Positions 1 to 12,669 of a stretch of DNA of 64,000 bases are shown one piece after another (the first letter of the stretch is position 1; every line of letters begins with the position of its first letter). Below the pieces are notes generated by a model. That model had not been told where the DNA came from, did no database searches, and saw nothing but the letters and a program-made list of their open reading frames with translations. The translations under genes and the position numbers were made by a program. Source of the stretch: Thalia democratica (Eukaryota); contig OZ241827.1 in NCBI GenBank assembly GCA_965202585.1, positions 64,170,001 through 64,234,000 of the forward strand, in the 5' to 3' direction.

Positions 1-98
1 TAAATTTAGCTGGCTGATGATTAAGGCGTCTAGTCTTCTGAAACACGTGTACCAGTATTTTTAAAATCTTATTTTTCTAATAAATTATATATATATAT

Positions 99-356
99 AA
101 AGGTTTATTTCAAGATGTAAAACTTGAAGAACTTGAGTTTTGTGTTTATGCACTTATAAACTTCAAACAAGTTCAATATTTAGCAAAAAACAAAACACAC
201 AAATAAAAGTTAAAAAAATTAAGCATAAATAGATTATGACGTAATTTTGAAACTATCAAAAGGTTTTGTGCTTTATTTTGAACTTGTTTTGAAATTGATG
301 AGTGCATAAGCACGAAACTTGAGTCCTTCAAATTTTAAATTTTGAAATAAACCTTT
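99..356. repeat. MITE-like imperfect inverted repeat (~90-bp arms)
   Basis: AAAGGTTTATTTCAAGATGTAAAACTTGAAG...CAAGTTCAA (99-180) is the approximate reverse complement of TTGAACTTG...CTTCAAATTTTAAATTTTGAAATAAACCTTT (about 278-356). Confidence 0.6.
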
Positions 357-1010
357 TTATTTAAAAAGCCCTTAAGGTCGGCTCCGTGTGAAAGATTTAT
401 TTTATTATTTCAATTAACTTATTTCTATATATATATATATATGTATATATATAGAAATAAGTTAATTAAGTTATATTTAGTTATATATATATATATATAG
501 AAATAAGTTAATTAAGTTAATAAATTAAATAGAAATATATATATATATATGTTTAAAACACAACTTAATGTGAATCCTCAATTTATCCATGAAATTTAAA
601 AAATAATACTACACTTGATTTCGATTGGTTTTACAGAAAATAAAATTCTATGGTTTATTATTGTAAATCTTACAGTTATACTTATGCAGCATTAGTTTCA
701 AATCATATGGAGAAAATGCATTCTGCACAACACGTAATTATTATAGCATCAGAGCACTACGGGAATATTGTTTTGAAACTTTTTGTCCTTTTGCAAAAGT
801 ATTCATAATCAGATATGGGAACAGCTTTAAAACTCTTTAAGTTTACTGAACAGAATAGTATAATAATTTTACAACTCTACTGGTTAGTTTAATTACACTT
901 TTGGATTTATTTACTTTTTAAGTAAATGCTATAATAATTACGTGTTTAAATTACTTTTCCTGGGCATAACTTTAAACTGTTCTGTCCAGGGCATGACGTT
1001 AAACTGTTCT

Positions 1011-1097
1011 GGTGTATGACTCGATAACCGAAAGGTTTTTTGTACACCAGGTCCTCAGACCAAACCTTTTGAGCGTATTTTTTGTCCTTCAATAAAC
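1011..1097. repeat. Dispersed ~90-bp repeat with an inverted copy at about 9953-10042
   Basis: GGTGTATGACTCGATAACCGAAAGG...TGTACACCAGGTC is the reverse complement, with few mismatches, of GACCTGGTGTACA...CCTTTCGGTTATCGAGTCGTACACC at 10000-10042. Confidence 0.75.
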
Positions 1098-2096
1098 ATT
1101 ACTTTCCTAAAGTTAAAAGCTTAAATAAATTTAAATTAGTCAATTTATATAGTGAGGTCAACATTATCTATATTCACAGTATGTTATGTTTATATATCAT
1201 TCTTTTAAACATTTTTTTTATCTTTTAATAAACATTACTATGTTCGTTTTATTTTTCAATGTTCTTTATTTCTTTGTAAATGTCTTTATTTTACATTAAC
1301 TAACTTAATGTTCAATGCCATACAACATTTTCTTATCTAAAATAAACCATAACTTTTTAATATTTCGTCAATTTGTTTTAATGCTAATTGAGTAATTGTT
1401 AAAGGGTTTTTTGAACAATTAAAGCTAAATGAACTATGACATCAAATATCCCGCTAATATACATACCCGAATCGGGTAACCCGATCACCTAAGCTTTTAA
1501 AGGTGAGTAAGTATACCTAAAAAGTTTTGAAATAAAATGTTTTATTAATATTATTAACAAGCTACGCTTTTTAATTTTTCAAAACTCTTCATTTTACAGA
1601 CAAAATTTGCATATTTAGGGCGATTATGACGTCATAATACATCAAAAACAGTTAAAATGCCTTTTAATCTGTGTCAATAAGTATAAACCTTCGTTTAGGA
1701 TAAAAGTTATAAATCTAGGACATGAATAAGTGATTTTATTATTGTTTAAACAAAAAAAATCAAAAAAAATTTGTAACTTTTAGAGTTGAAAATATTTCTT
1801 TGGGCGGCACACTTTTTTTTGCAACTTTTTTATTTAGTTTCTTCTGATCAAGCAATAAGAAAATTAAATCATATAGACTCATAAGATGAGCAGACATCAC
1901 CCAAGTACTCCCTACCCCTACTTTTGTTTTTTTTAATGAAAACTTCTTTAATCTTAAATCATTATCATATGATATATAAGTTTAACTTGATGGTTTCTTT
2001 AAAAAATATTAGTATTTTTTTCTGGAATATAATCAATTATAACTTTTTTACTACCATGGTGCAACCTTTCTAAGCTCCTTTTGTTTTTAATTCTTA

Positions 2097-2170
2097 TGGA
2101 GTTTATGCATTGAAAAAAAAGACTTTTGGAGTTTATGCATTGAAAAAAAAAACTTTTGGAGTTTATGCAT
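2097..2170. repeat. Short tandem repeat, ~30-bp unit, about 2.5 copies
   Basis: GGAGTTTATGCAT starts three consecutive units separated by TGAAAAAAAA(A/G)ACTTTT. Confidence 0.8.
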
Positions 2171-2981
2171 CAAAACAACGATACAATTCTTTCTGCGCTT
2201 TAGATATACTAACTTTTCGAATGCTAAGTATACAAAGTAAAAAAAATAATTTAGTATAAAAATTAAATACTCAAAGGATCAAGCTAATACATTTTATACA
2301 CTTGCTTCTTTTTTTTAGAAGGAACGCTCCGGTGGGTTCCCCACACTTCGGTCCTGCTACCTTGATAAAGTAGAGACTTATATTTATGTATTTACATCTA
2401 AACAAGAATAAAATCCTTGGTAATACATTGATGAGTAGTAATGCACTTTGATTATGTTAAATAAAACTAGAAACCAATTCGTAAATTTTAAAATTTCAGG
2501 TTGTAAATGAAGACACTTAGGTGACATTAATCTGATTTTCAAAGTTTGATACTATGATAACAGTCTTTAGGTCTCTTACATTTTTATCATATATTCTATA
2601 TTTAACAAGTTTTATTGTTTTATAAATAAGCATGTTGCGTTACTTATTTTGATTTTATTTGTAGAAACTTTATATTAGTTATAAAAAGTAAATTAAAGGT
2701 TAAATACACAAATTCATATCTGACAAGGTATGTTGTTTTATATGAAAAATGTATTTTGCCTTCGATCATATAGTTGTTATTATTTTTAAATGTTATGTCA
2801 TTTAATCAATGTACACATTAAGGTTATTCCTTAATTATAAAATAACTTATAGTGTATTCTTTATTATATTAATTATATTATTACTAAATGTGGAAATTGT
2901 TTACATAGTAACTTTTGTAAATTATGCTTTTTTTGAAGAACAAAAGGTAAGTCATCTTTAGTTATAGAATTAAGATGGTTA

Positions 2982-3634
2982 AGGGTCTTAATTGCACGAA
3001 GATAAAAATGCACAAGGGGACTAAATTGCACCAGAAGAAAACTGCATAAGTGCACAAAATTGCACGAAGCTACTTTTGCAAGAAGACAAATTTGTACGTA
3101 GACAATTTTGCACAAAAAGTCAATTTTGCATGAATTAGATTTTTGCACGAGAGTAAAAATTAACAAAAAAATATAAATAAAAATAAACAGAAAAAAAAAG
3201 ATAAATTAATAAAAAAAAAGTTACTGACCGAGGGTAAGGGTTAGGGTTAACAGTGATAGTGAAAATAAAAATAAAAAAGAACAAATAAAAATAACTCATA
3301 AAATTTATAATAATAAAAAAAGTAAAAACAAAAGTAAAAGAAAGCTACCGACCAGGGTAAGGCTTAGGGTTATCAGTGTAAATAAAAAACAAAAATAAAA
3401 TTAAAAAAAAAAACATAATTAAAATAACAATTTAAAAAATATATATATAATACCGACCGAGGGTAAGGTTTAAAGGTAACCGTGATAGAAAAGAAAATCT
3501 AAAAAGTTAACATAAAAATTCAACCCGTGCAAAAATGTCTCCGTGCAAAATTGTCTGCTCGTGCAAAAGTATCTTGATGCGATTTTGTCCTCTCGTGCAA
3601 TTTTGTACGATCGTGTAAATTTTACAGCTACCCT
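2982..3634. mobile_element. Non-autonomous repeat with TTGCACGA/CGTGCAAA subterminal arrays; partial inverted copy at about 3790-4055
   Basis: Arrays of TTGCAC(G/A)A at the left end and CGTGCAA at the right end; AGGGT...ACCCT ends; internal CCGAGGGTAAGGGTTAGGG motif three times, with its reverse complement at about 3820-3845. Confidence 0.55.
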
Positions 3635-6600
3635 AATAAGATAAATGTACTGTGCTATTAACTTATGTTGTTCAAGATGATTTTATCAAAATACTCAATC
3701 AAAAGAACTTATTAATAATTATTTATGTTTTATTTATAAGTTTTCAGATAATTAATGTAAAGTTATCTTTAGGTTAATTTTAAGTTGTTTACTAGAGTTT
3801 TTTTTTCTATCACTGTTACCCCTAACCCTTACCCTCGGTCAGTAACATTTTTTTTTGTTTTTTTATTAATTTAGCTTTTAGTTTTTTTTTCTGATTTTCA
3901 TTTATTTTTTTACTCTCTTGTAAAAGTGTAACCTGTGCCGAATTGACCCTCGGTGCAAAAGTATCTTCGTGCAACTTTGTGCCGTCGTGCAATTTTGTCT
4001 TTATGGAATTTAGTGCCTCGTGCAACTTTGTCTTCGTGCAGTTTTGACCCATTCCCCTTGAAAATATATAAAACATTTCCGCCTTTGGAAGTTTTCTTAG
4101 GTACTTAATTAAAGTATACAAAGTTTCCGCGCAAATGGAAACTTTCCCCAGAAGAAAAGTCAATTCTCTCAAATAATTTCTGCATATAAGCTTAGTTTTG
4201 CTTAATGCAGGGCTTTTTTCGTATTATACGAGTCAAAGTTTTCCGGGCTTTCAGTATACATTAAAAGTCAGAAATTTCTTTCCGAAGTTGTAAAGTTTCG
4301 CCATTTTTTACGTCATCCGTTACATCATTTTAGTCGAAGCTCGCTATTTTTCTATTAGTCAATCAAGTTAAGTCAAGTTGAGTCAAGAAGCTCTAAAAGT
4401 CAGACAGTAAATTTTTTGCCTGACTCAAGCTTTTACCGTCCTAAATCTTGAGAAAATTCTCCCATCTAATCTTCCAGCTTACTCTCTTGAGGTGTTTCTC
4501 CTGAAGTGTTCAATCGTTGTTGAATGTGTTAGGTTTTTTTTGTATTTTTTTCTGGTTAAACCTAATAATAAATATTTGTTGTGTATTTTACTCGTTTAAA
4601 CTTAAACTGTAACGTAAATACTTAGTTCAAGTTAAAATTAGTTTCTTTTAACAAAATTGAAAACTAATTTTGCTATTTTTAGGGTTTTCCTATACTATTA
4701 AAGTTATTAGTATTCTTACTCTTACAAGAGTTGGTTTTATGTATATTTTGTTAATGAGCTTTATTACTAAGACATTTAATCATTAGCCTATATATTCGAT
4801 ATAGGATTAAGTAGTATTTAAATAATTACTTAGTTTTTAGTAGAACAGTAACAACCTTTCCCGAATCGTCCTCTTAATACGTACTTACCCCGGTAACCAC
4901 CCTTTCAGTTGGTTATAACCCATTAGTTTATCATTGAAATCCCGAGTAATACATCTTAGGCATGTTTATAAAATAAAAATCTTAAACTATTTAAAATGAT
5001 ATTCTGCAATTTAATGATAGCTGAAAAAAGCTACTCACAAGACATTATTTTAAGTTGGCTCGATCAATTAATAACTGAAAAAGTTTAGCTAGTTAAACTT
5101 TAAGTTTTAATATTAAATCTAATGTTAAATTTTTTTTACTTCAAGTCTTTGACAACTCATTTGTACAGGAATTAAAAATGAAAGGGTGTTATTAGTCTTG
5201 TTTATAAATTTTGTACATAAAAGTTTTGTCAAACTTTAGTATAAAGATCAGACAACGCAGACAAATTTTATTCAGTATTTAAAGCTTTTTTTTTGGAACA
5301 TAAATACTTAAGGTTACTAGCATATTTGCCAGGTTTTTTTTTGATCAAATTACTATTTCAGAGTTTCAACCTGGCAACTCTGTCAAAAAGTATTCAAAGT
5401 AAGTAAATTGATTTTTACAATACTTATCACATCATTAGTTTGTGAATGATAGCTTATCAGAAAACAATACGAAAATTGTTTTTTAAGCACGAACTTTAAG
5501 AAACTTTATTTAAATTTACAGCTTCAAAGAAGTAGATCAAATGAACCTAACAGTTATTGTATAATTCTGTTATGTTCGTCTAAGTTCTGATCATGACTTT
5601 TGTTGTCGAAAACATAACATGAGTTTTTGTAATGGCTGTTTAAATATTTAACTTCACTTAAAGCAAAAACTTGGCAATTAATAAACTTAAATAATAATTA
5701 TTAAATAATATTTCTGACGATGAATTTTTTTTTGTTTATTAAACTTTTGTTTTGTATGTAAAGAATTTTTTTTGTTTGTATTATTTTTTCTTAGTTTTTA
5801 ATAGGAATTGTTTCTTAGACAGTTTGTGAAAAATATATGTGAAATGTTTTTTAACTTTAAAGAGATACTATATATATTCAGTACAAAGTTTAAAGGTTAG
5901 TTTAAATAAAAAATAACAATTTAGTTTATTTTTAACTTAAGCTTTTATTAATTAAAATATTATCTTAATCAGTTATTGTGATCAAGACTTAAAATGTGAC
6001 AGATCTAATTTTTATTCAACAAGAATTTAACTAGTAAACTATATTAATTTATAATATAAACAATTAATCTTTTACTATTTTATTTATATATGTATCTGGA
6101 ATAACATTATTTTACTACCGAAAAATTAACGTTAAATAAAGGACTAATTTCAATCATATATTTAAAATAAAAAGTACTACAATACAAAAGTAAAAATCTT
6201 GAAACATTGAAATAATGTAAAAATTACCGAATTTTTACGAAAAAAAGTAGTTTATAATAGCCATTATTAGGTGTGATAAGGATAACATCTGTTTTAGAGG
6301 GTACGTATTTGACGCAAAGTTACTTATTCTGAATTCAAGGTGCGTACCTTTTAAATTTCTCTACAATAAATGTGAAAACTAAAAGTTTTAAACTGCTACA
6401 GTAAAACTAAGCAGAAATTAGAAAGTAGATTTGAATATATATATAAAACTACCACAAGTACTGTTCAGATTGTTGAAGTTTCTCCTAACATAATAAAAAA
6501 TAACATGTAACCACAAATACACGTTTGCTGTTTTGTGGATCTGTAAGATTCACACACTACTGAACCAAGGTTGTTTATCTAATGCAACTTTAAAAACCGT

Positions 6601-8371
6601 TTTGAGTATGATAAGGTGCTTAAAAAACGGGTTGAATAATATTTTTGAGGGATTTTTTAAAGAAAAACAGCTTCAAGCTTTAACTGAACATCTACGTTCT
6701 CATCAGCTGATCTCAGATTAAAAACAAAGATATTCATCAAGTAGAAAATAAACTGTTGGATCAGTGTTATCAAACTGAATAAAGTACTATTTTACTCACA
6801 CATTCGTTAATGCGTACTGTCAAAAATAACGTATCTAAATCAGCACAACTCAGCACCTGTAACATTGTAAATTTAAAACGATTTTGTAAACCGCCCATGA
6901 ACTAATTAGTTATCTATTTATAATGATTAAAATTAACATCATTTAAACCAGGGTTTATCGACCTCATTTTTACAGTCTCACTTGTAACAGTGGCTTGAAA
7001 ATAAATGCTTTAAAGAGGGCGGTAAGTACTTTGAGAAAACTTGGTCCAAATTGATATGACTTTTTATATCGTAACACGAATCGGTAGACTGTCTAGTATG
7101 GGGGTGGGCGACGTTTTCAGTTAGCGGACTGGAAGTGGTAAAAATTAGTCCTTGGTCGAAGGATTTCATTTAACTCACGAAAACTACTCAGTTATCAAAT
7201 TCATTTTGAACATTTTTTTTCTCTATTTTAAACCTCCGAATATCTAGTTTAATTTTATAGTTTATTTTGTGATACTTAGTTTAACAAAATTGAATTGAAA
7301 AATAGTTAAAACTTTCCCTAATTAAATATAAAAAACATCCTTTTTAAAAGGTTTTGAATACTAAATTTATTTTAACTGCCCTATTTAAGTTTACTTTACG
7401 TTATGCAGCATTTATAATGTAGGATTTTATAAATATGTACTCCTACAGAATAATTGAAAGGTTGTTTACTATTGACTATTCTTTAGTTGTATACCTTAAT
7501 AAATTTCTAAAAAAAATACCATTTTAACGATAAGTATGCTTTTAAGCTTGCAAAAAAACTTTAGAAAAATAAAATAGTTGATTTTTTTATACTCATCTTA
7601 ATATACTTTCATTTACAAAAAAAAAAAAAAAAAGTTCTCTAGAAAATTTAATTTGGAAACTTGATTTGTACTTGACATTTATATTTTTTAAACTTACCTG
7701 ACATTCACATATTTTTTTATTTAAGTTAACTTTCAGTTCAAAACATTCACTCCTAGCTCTTTTAGTTACAACTAACTATATAAAACACTTTTATGTATAA
7801 ATACAGTTTCAAAACAAGATTGTTTCTGATTAAAGGTTTTGTTTAGTTTTGATAAAATATATAAATAAAAATACTTTAAGATACTCAGCAATTTTATAAT
7901 GTCCTTATCTATGTAAAATGCTATAATGTAAAAAATATTCATCTGCAGTGAAAAAACCCAGTCTCCGTCAACCTTAATTTTCTTTTAATTTTGCAGTTAA
8001 TGCTATAAAATAAACTAGGTACCCTTGATCAGGTTAGAACGGAGAAAAATTGATAAATTGATTTTTTTTTATAACGAAATACGGCGTCCGATAAGATAGT
8101 ATTTTGATAAATGCGCTGTGAAAGACAGCCTAAATGAAAAACAAAATATAACATGAAAAAATGAAATCCTCCAGCAAATAAATAATTCTAAAAAAAATAA
8201 TAAAATCACACATTTTTACTGAAAACGTTGAAATGTGACGTCAAATTATGCAAATATTCGCTTAAAAAAGTTGCAAAACAGTTTATTTTTCAGCATAAAT
8301 TACAAAAACTGCAAACTTGCAGCTTTCTGTGTCTTCGTCTTTTTTTGTCTTTTTGTCTGTCAAAATAAAGT

Positions 8372-11300
8372 ATGGACGCGGAAGAGTACACGGTGGACTC
8401 GACGTTCTACTACAGCGGGCGGGACAGGTGTCCGGTGTGCGCGGACCACGGCGCGGCGGCCATGGACGGAAAGGGCGGGAACAACGGGTACGGGGGAAGC
8501 ACCAACAGCGAGTGCAACATCCAGTCGACCATGAACCTAAACCAGCAGGGCGGCAGGTGGAAATGATTTTTTTTTGTCTCAAAAAAAATATTTGGTATAA
8601 AAGATAGCTTTATTTTCAAATACGTTTTACAAAAAGCAGAGATGAAATAGAAATTTAAGACTTAAGAACAACTTTGTTAACTTTTTATATGTAAACGAGT
8701 TATATTATTTTTAGTTTTCAAAAGAATTGTTTAGTTGATATTGTTTTAACACGTGATTTTTAAAAACAGTTGTGTTTGATTATGTTTATGGGTTTTAATA
8801 GTTTGCATACTTTGTTATGCTTATTCGCTTAATACTGTTGTAATTCGTGTACTTAAAAAACTATTTTTGATGATTACATTTTAAAATAATAACTTTTAAA
8901 ATAAAGTTTAGTTTTTCTGTTTTAAAGAGCAAAGTTAAGTTTTGATTTTTTTCAAGAAAACTGTTGTTTAAGTATAAAAATGTCATTTCAACTTATCTTG
9001 TAAGAGTGTATACGTATTAATTTTCTAAAGTACCATACTCATCATCAGCTTACAGAGCAAGCTAAAAAAACGTAACCTTAAGCAAAACTTTTCGAATTAC
9101 GCCTCGTTTGTTTTCAAGGCAAGTTTAACAGCACTTGATTTTCAAGTGTAAATCACCTTTGGATTTTTTTTGACTTCGTCATTAAACACTTAGCTTGACC
9201 ATCAACCAACAAAACCCCCACTTTTTGAAACAGCAGCCAACTGGCGAGCCGGCAGTCGCTGAAGTCGCACGGGAGGGGCAACAAGTCGAGGCTGAGCAAC
9301 CACTCGTCCGCGAGCACTGTGACGTCACAGGTGATTCCCAGGAGGAACCTGAACTCACTGGTGCACCTGAAGAGGATACCAGAGTGGCGGAAGGACGACA
9401 GCAAGATTAAGCTATGGTTTTAAAAAGTTATATGTTAAAAGTAAAATAAAACATGACTGTTAGTACTGAAAATGTTCATCAAATTTTTTTTAAGTGGTTC
9501 ATATACCAAATCAAAACAACGATTTTGATTTTTTTTAGTTTGCATAAATAAGCGGTTTAGTTTACATAGATCGTTCAATGTTTCTTTATCTTAAACTCAA
9601 AATGAAAAAATGAAGTATTTAAAACTTGCTATCTGAAATTCTGTGCATGTAATAATGTAAAAATATGCTTTTTTTGTATGTTAGATAGATCTAATTTGCT
9701 TTTTTATTGCTATTCACAATAAAACCCCCATCAGGTGCAAATGCGGCTGCTGCGAAACCCAGACGAGGTCTCAGGACAACATCTGCTGCTTGGAATTCCC
9801 CGAAGCCAAGAGTAAGTTCAGCGAGCTGGACACTTTCAAGGAGGGACAGGTCAGCTGTCACCTTTAAATATATGGAAAAATAAATAGCTTTTTTGAGTTT
9901 AGAATACAAATAAAACTAAACTGCGATAAAAAAATATATTTAAATTTGTGTTGTTTATTGAACGATAAAAAAAAAGCGCTCAAAAAGTTTGGTCTAACGA
10001 CCTGGTGTACAAAGGAACCTTTCGGTTATCGAGTCGTACACCACCATTTTGACATGTTTATGGTCATAGTTGTCAAAGTTTGCAATTTTAGTATAGATTT
10101 TTTATTACAAATTTTATACTTCCTTGTTCTTATACCGTCATGTGTCCAGCGTTGAAGACTTGAGTGAAAAAAAAAATACATCTATTAGACTAAGAATGTT
10201 TTGTTTGAACGATTCTGACTTGAAAGCAAGTCTATACGTGGGCAATGGCATACATGCTTTTGTGATCTAGCAAAGATAATTCTCCTGATAGATCAATAAG
10301 TTTTATAATTTCTTTATCTGATCAAAAAATATGTGACACGCATCACCAACTGTTTTGTAATGTTTTAAACAACTTACTAAAAAGTTTAGTAAGTTTTTGT
10401 AAATATAACGATTTGTAACTAATGTTGCACATTTGAAATCAACTAAACAGACCACATGCATGCATATATAAAACATACAAATATTTTTTATTTATGAACA
10501 AGGTGACCTGCATCACGGAGCACCAAATGTATTTATATACGATATGATAAGTATCTATTTACATATGTGCTTTTTACACAATATATGTTACATGATATAT
10601 ACGATATGTTTATTTATAAACAGGTGACCTGCATCACTAAGCACCCTGCGTTCTTCTCGCTGGTTCTGGATGAGTGGGTGCTGCAAAAATGCTGGATGAC
10701 TCACAAGCACAAGTACGAAGAAGAGCTGCAAAGAGACGTCAAACAGAAAGAAAGGTGTTTGAAGTTGTTAGATTTATCAAAAAATACGTAAATCTTTGGA
10801 ATATTTTTACATATTTGTGTTTATATCATTTTAGTTATGTTCTGTTTAGTTTGTACAGAATAACAAAAAAAAAGTTTGATAGCTCTCTATTATTTTTATT
10901 ACAAAAGCGTGAATCAAATGGAGATGTTCAAAGTTATTTTGTTATTATTTGTAAACATAAGTTTTTTGAAAGAGTTTATATATTTTTGTCTTAACAACGA
11001 CTTAATTATGTTCTTATTTGGTTTGAAAGTATATCCTACAGAGAAGTTAGTGTTTTCCAAGTTCTTAATAATTTACAAAAAAAAAGTAGTGGTTGTTAAT
11101 ACCAACCACTCGGGTTTGGCTACATTAAAAAAAATATTGAAAATAGTAGTACGTACTCTACTCAAAAGTAGCTATTATAATTATTTTTATGGATTCTTAA
11201 TTAAATGTACTTACAACAAAATGTTATAAAGTACCTGGTCTGCAGCTATTTCAACATTGCGTGAAAATAGTTTTAAAATGATATGTTAGAATTTAAATAT

Positions 11301-11818
11301 ATTTACTAATAAGTCCTTTGTTAAAGACCTTTTAACTGAGAACAAGTACCAATACACAAGCGTAAATTTAACTCCTCTTTACAACAATTACTTTAGCCTG
11401 TCTGATAATTCAACAATTCCTTGTACACTTGATTACTATCTTTTTTTTTTTGAATTTTAAATTTGAGATCTGCTGACAAGATTTTAGATGTAGAGTCAAA
11501 ATTTTAAGCTTTTTTGTGTTAAAAATATTTTTTACAGATATTATTAAACTAATTTTACAAGCACCTCATCATCTTACATAAATAATTGAGCAATTAATAT
11601 AGAAAGCAGGGTATATAATTGATAATGGTAGTGATGTACAACCGAATAAATAAAATTTTACAACAAGGTACACGGAGATGGCCGTGCACCAGTTCGCGAT
11701 GTGGTACTGGGGTCACCATGACAACCAGGTTCGGTTGCCAAGCTGCGTGATGACGTCGATTGACAACAACTTCGCCACCGAGCGGATAAGAAGAAAGTCC
11801 TTTCCCAAGCTCAACTAA
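8372..11818 (+). CDS. Spliced gene for a stand-alone P2X7 cytoplasmic ballast-like (Cys-rich, nanor-like) protein; exons 8372-8556, 9735-9849, 10624-10754, 11668-11818; possible extra exon from 9194
   Basis: GC-rich exons with phase-compatible AG/GT junctions join to ...GGR-CKCGCCETQTRSQDNICCLEF...GQ-VTCITKHPAFFSLVLDEWVL...KER-YTEMAVHQFAMWYWGHHDNQVRLPSCVMTSIDNNF...PKLN*. This follows the CxCxxC...CC / CITxHxxF / YxxxAxxxFxxWxxG...LPSC pattern of the P2X7 ballast family. The exon 1 donor (CAG/GTGGAA) is weak. Confidence 0.72.
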
Positions 11819-12669
11819 AAATATTCAAAAATATACGTTTGATTTAAATAAATTTAATTTTTCTTGGTAGTTGTTTATTCTGCTTACACTAGAAATGGTA
11901 TCATTTATATTAAAAAGGCTAGAAATGAATACTTTCTAAAAACTTTGATCACATGTTTTTAAAATCGTTTCCATCATTAGTTATTATTGTATTTTGGCAA
12001 ATAAAATTTAGATATACTTTTGGATAGACCACACTGTTTTAAAGTTTATTTTGTTTTATGTAAAGACTTAATTGACAATTTTTCTTCATATTTCTACTAA
12101 GTTTTCATAAATGTATTATAATTTTAGACTAACTTAAGCTAGTTTGGTATTGTTTAGGCAATTTTTTTCAAACAAGTAGTATTTTTATTTTGAACAGTGG
12201 CAGCTCTGTTCTTATTACGATAAATATTACAAAGTTAAAACGTAAATAGTAAATATTATAAACTGAAATCTTTTTTTTTAGAGGTAACCTTTAATTTAAA
12301 ACATAATAAGTAAACAAATTAATTGTTTTTCGAAACTTTGTAATTTGATTAATTTTAATATGTTTGGATTAGATGGGTTAAGGATAAGGATATATAAAGA
12401 AAAATTCAAAAAGTTTTGCTGACATAAAGAAAATGCAAATCAAACTGACCTTTTTATTAATTTTTTTTTCGTTTTTAATCAACATTTATTTTTTTGATAA
12501 TAGCTAAAGATTTATTAAAGAAGGTTTAAAAAAAAAAAAAGATAAAATATTTTAAGAAAAATTTAAGTTATTTTTGCAAGTAAGCATTGTAACTAATTCC
12601 GTTAAAAAACTTCGTTTCAGTAATTATAAAAAAGCAACGATTTCCAAATTTAGTAATAATATAATCTGA

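Noticed and set aside
421-550. Hairpin around (AT)n tracts
   Set aside because: Microsatellite-centred local inversion or duplication; ordinary for AT-rich genomes.
3220-3480. TTAGGG-like motifs suggesting telomeric repeats
   Set aside because: Only 1-2 imperfect units embedded in a dispersed repeat; no tandem telomeric array.
2873-4172. 97-aa and 116-aa minus-strand ORFs
   Set aside because: Lie within the TTGCAC-array repeats and A-rich tracts; low complexity, no domain signal.
20-8300. Kolobok-type element boundaries (TTAA sites, TGACGTCA motifs) enclosing the ballast gene
   Set aside because: Motifs are suggestive, but I could not find matching terminal repeats or a transposase, so no element is called.
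8235-8619. Several overlapping alternative-frame and antisense ORFs around exon 1
   Set aside because: Expected by-products of a GC-rich exon; only the 8372 frame splices in phase to the Cys-rich exons.
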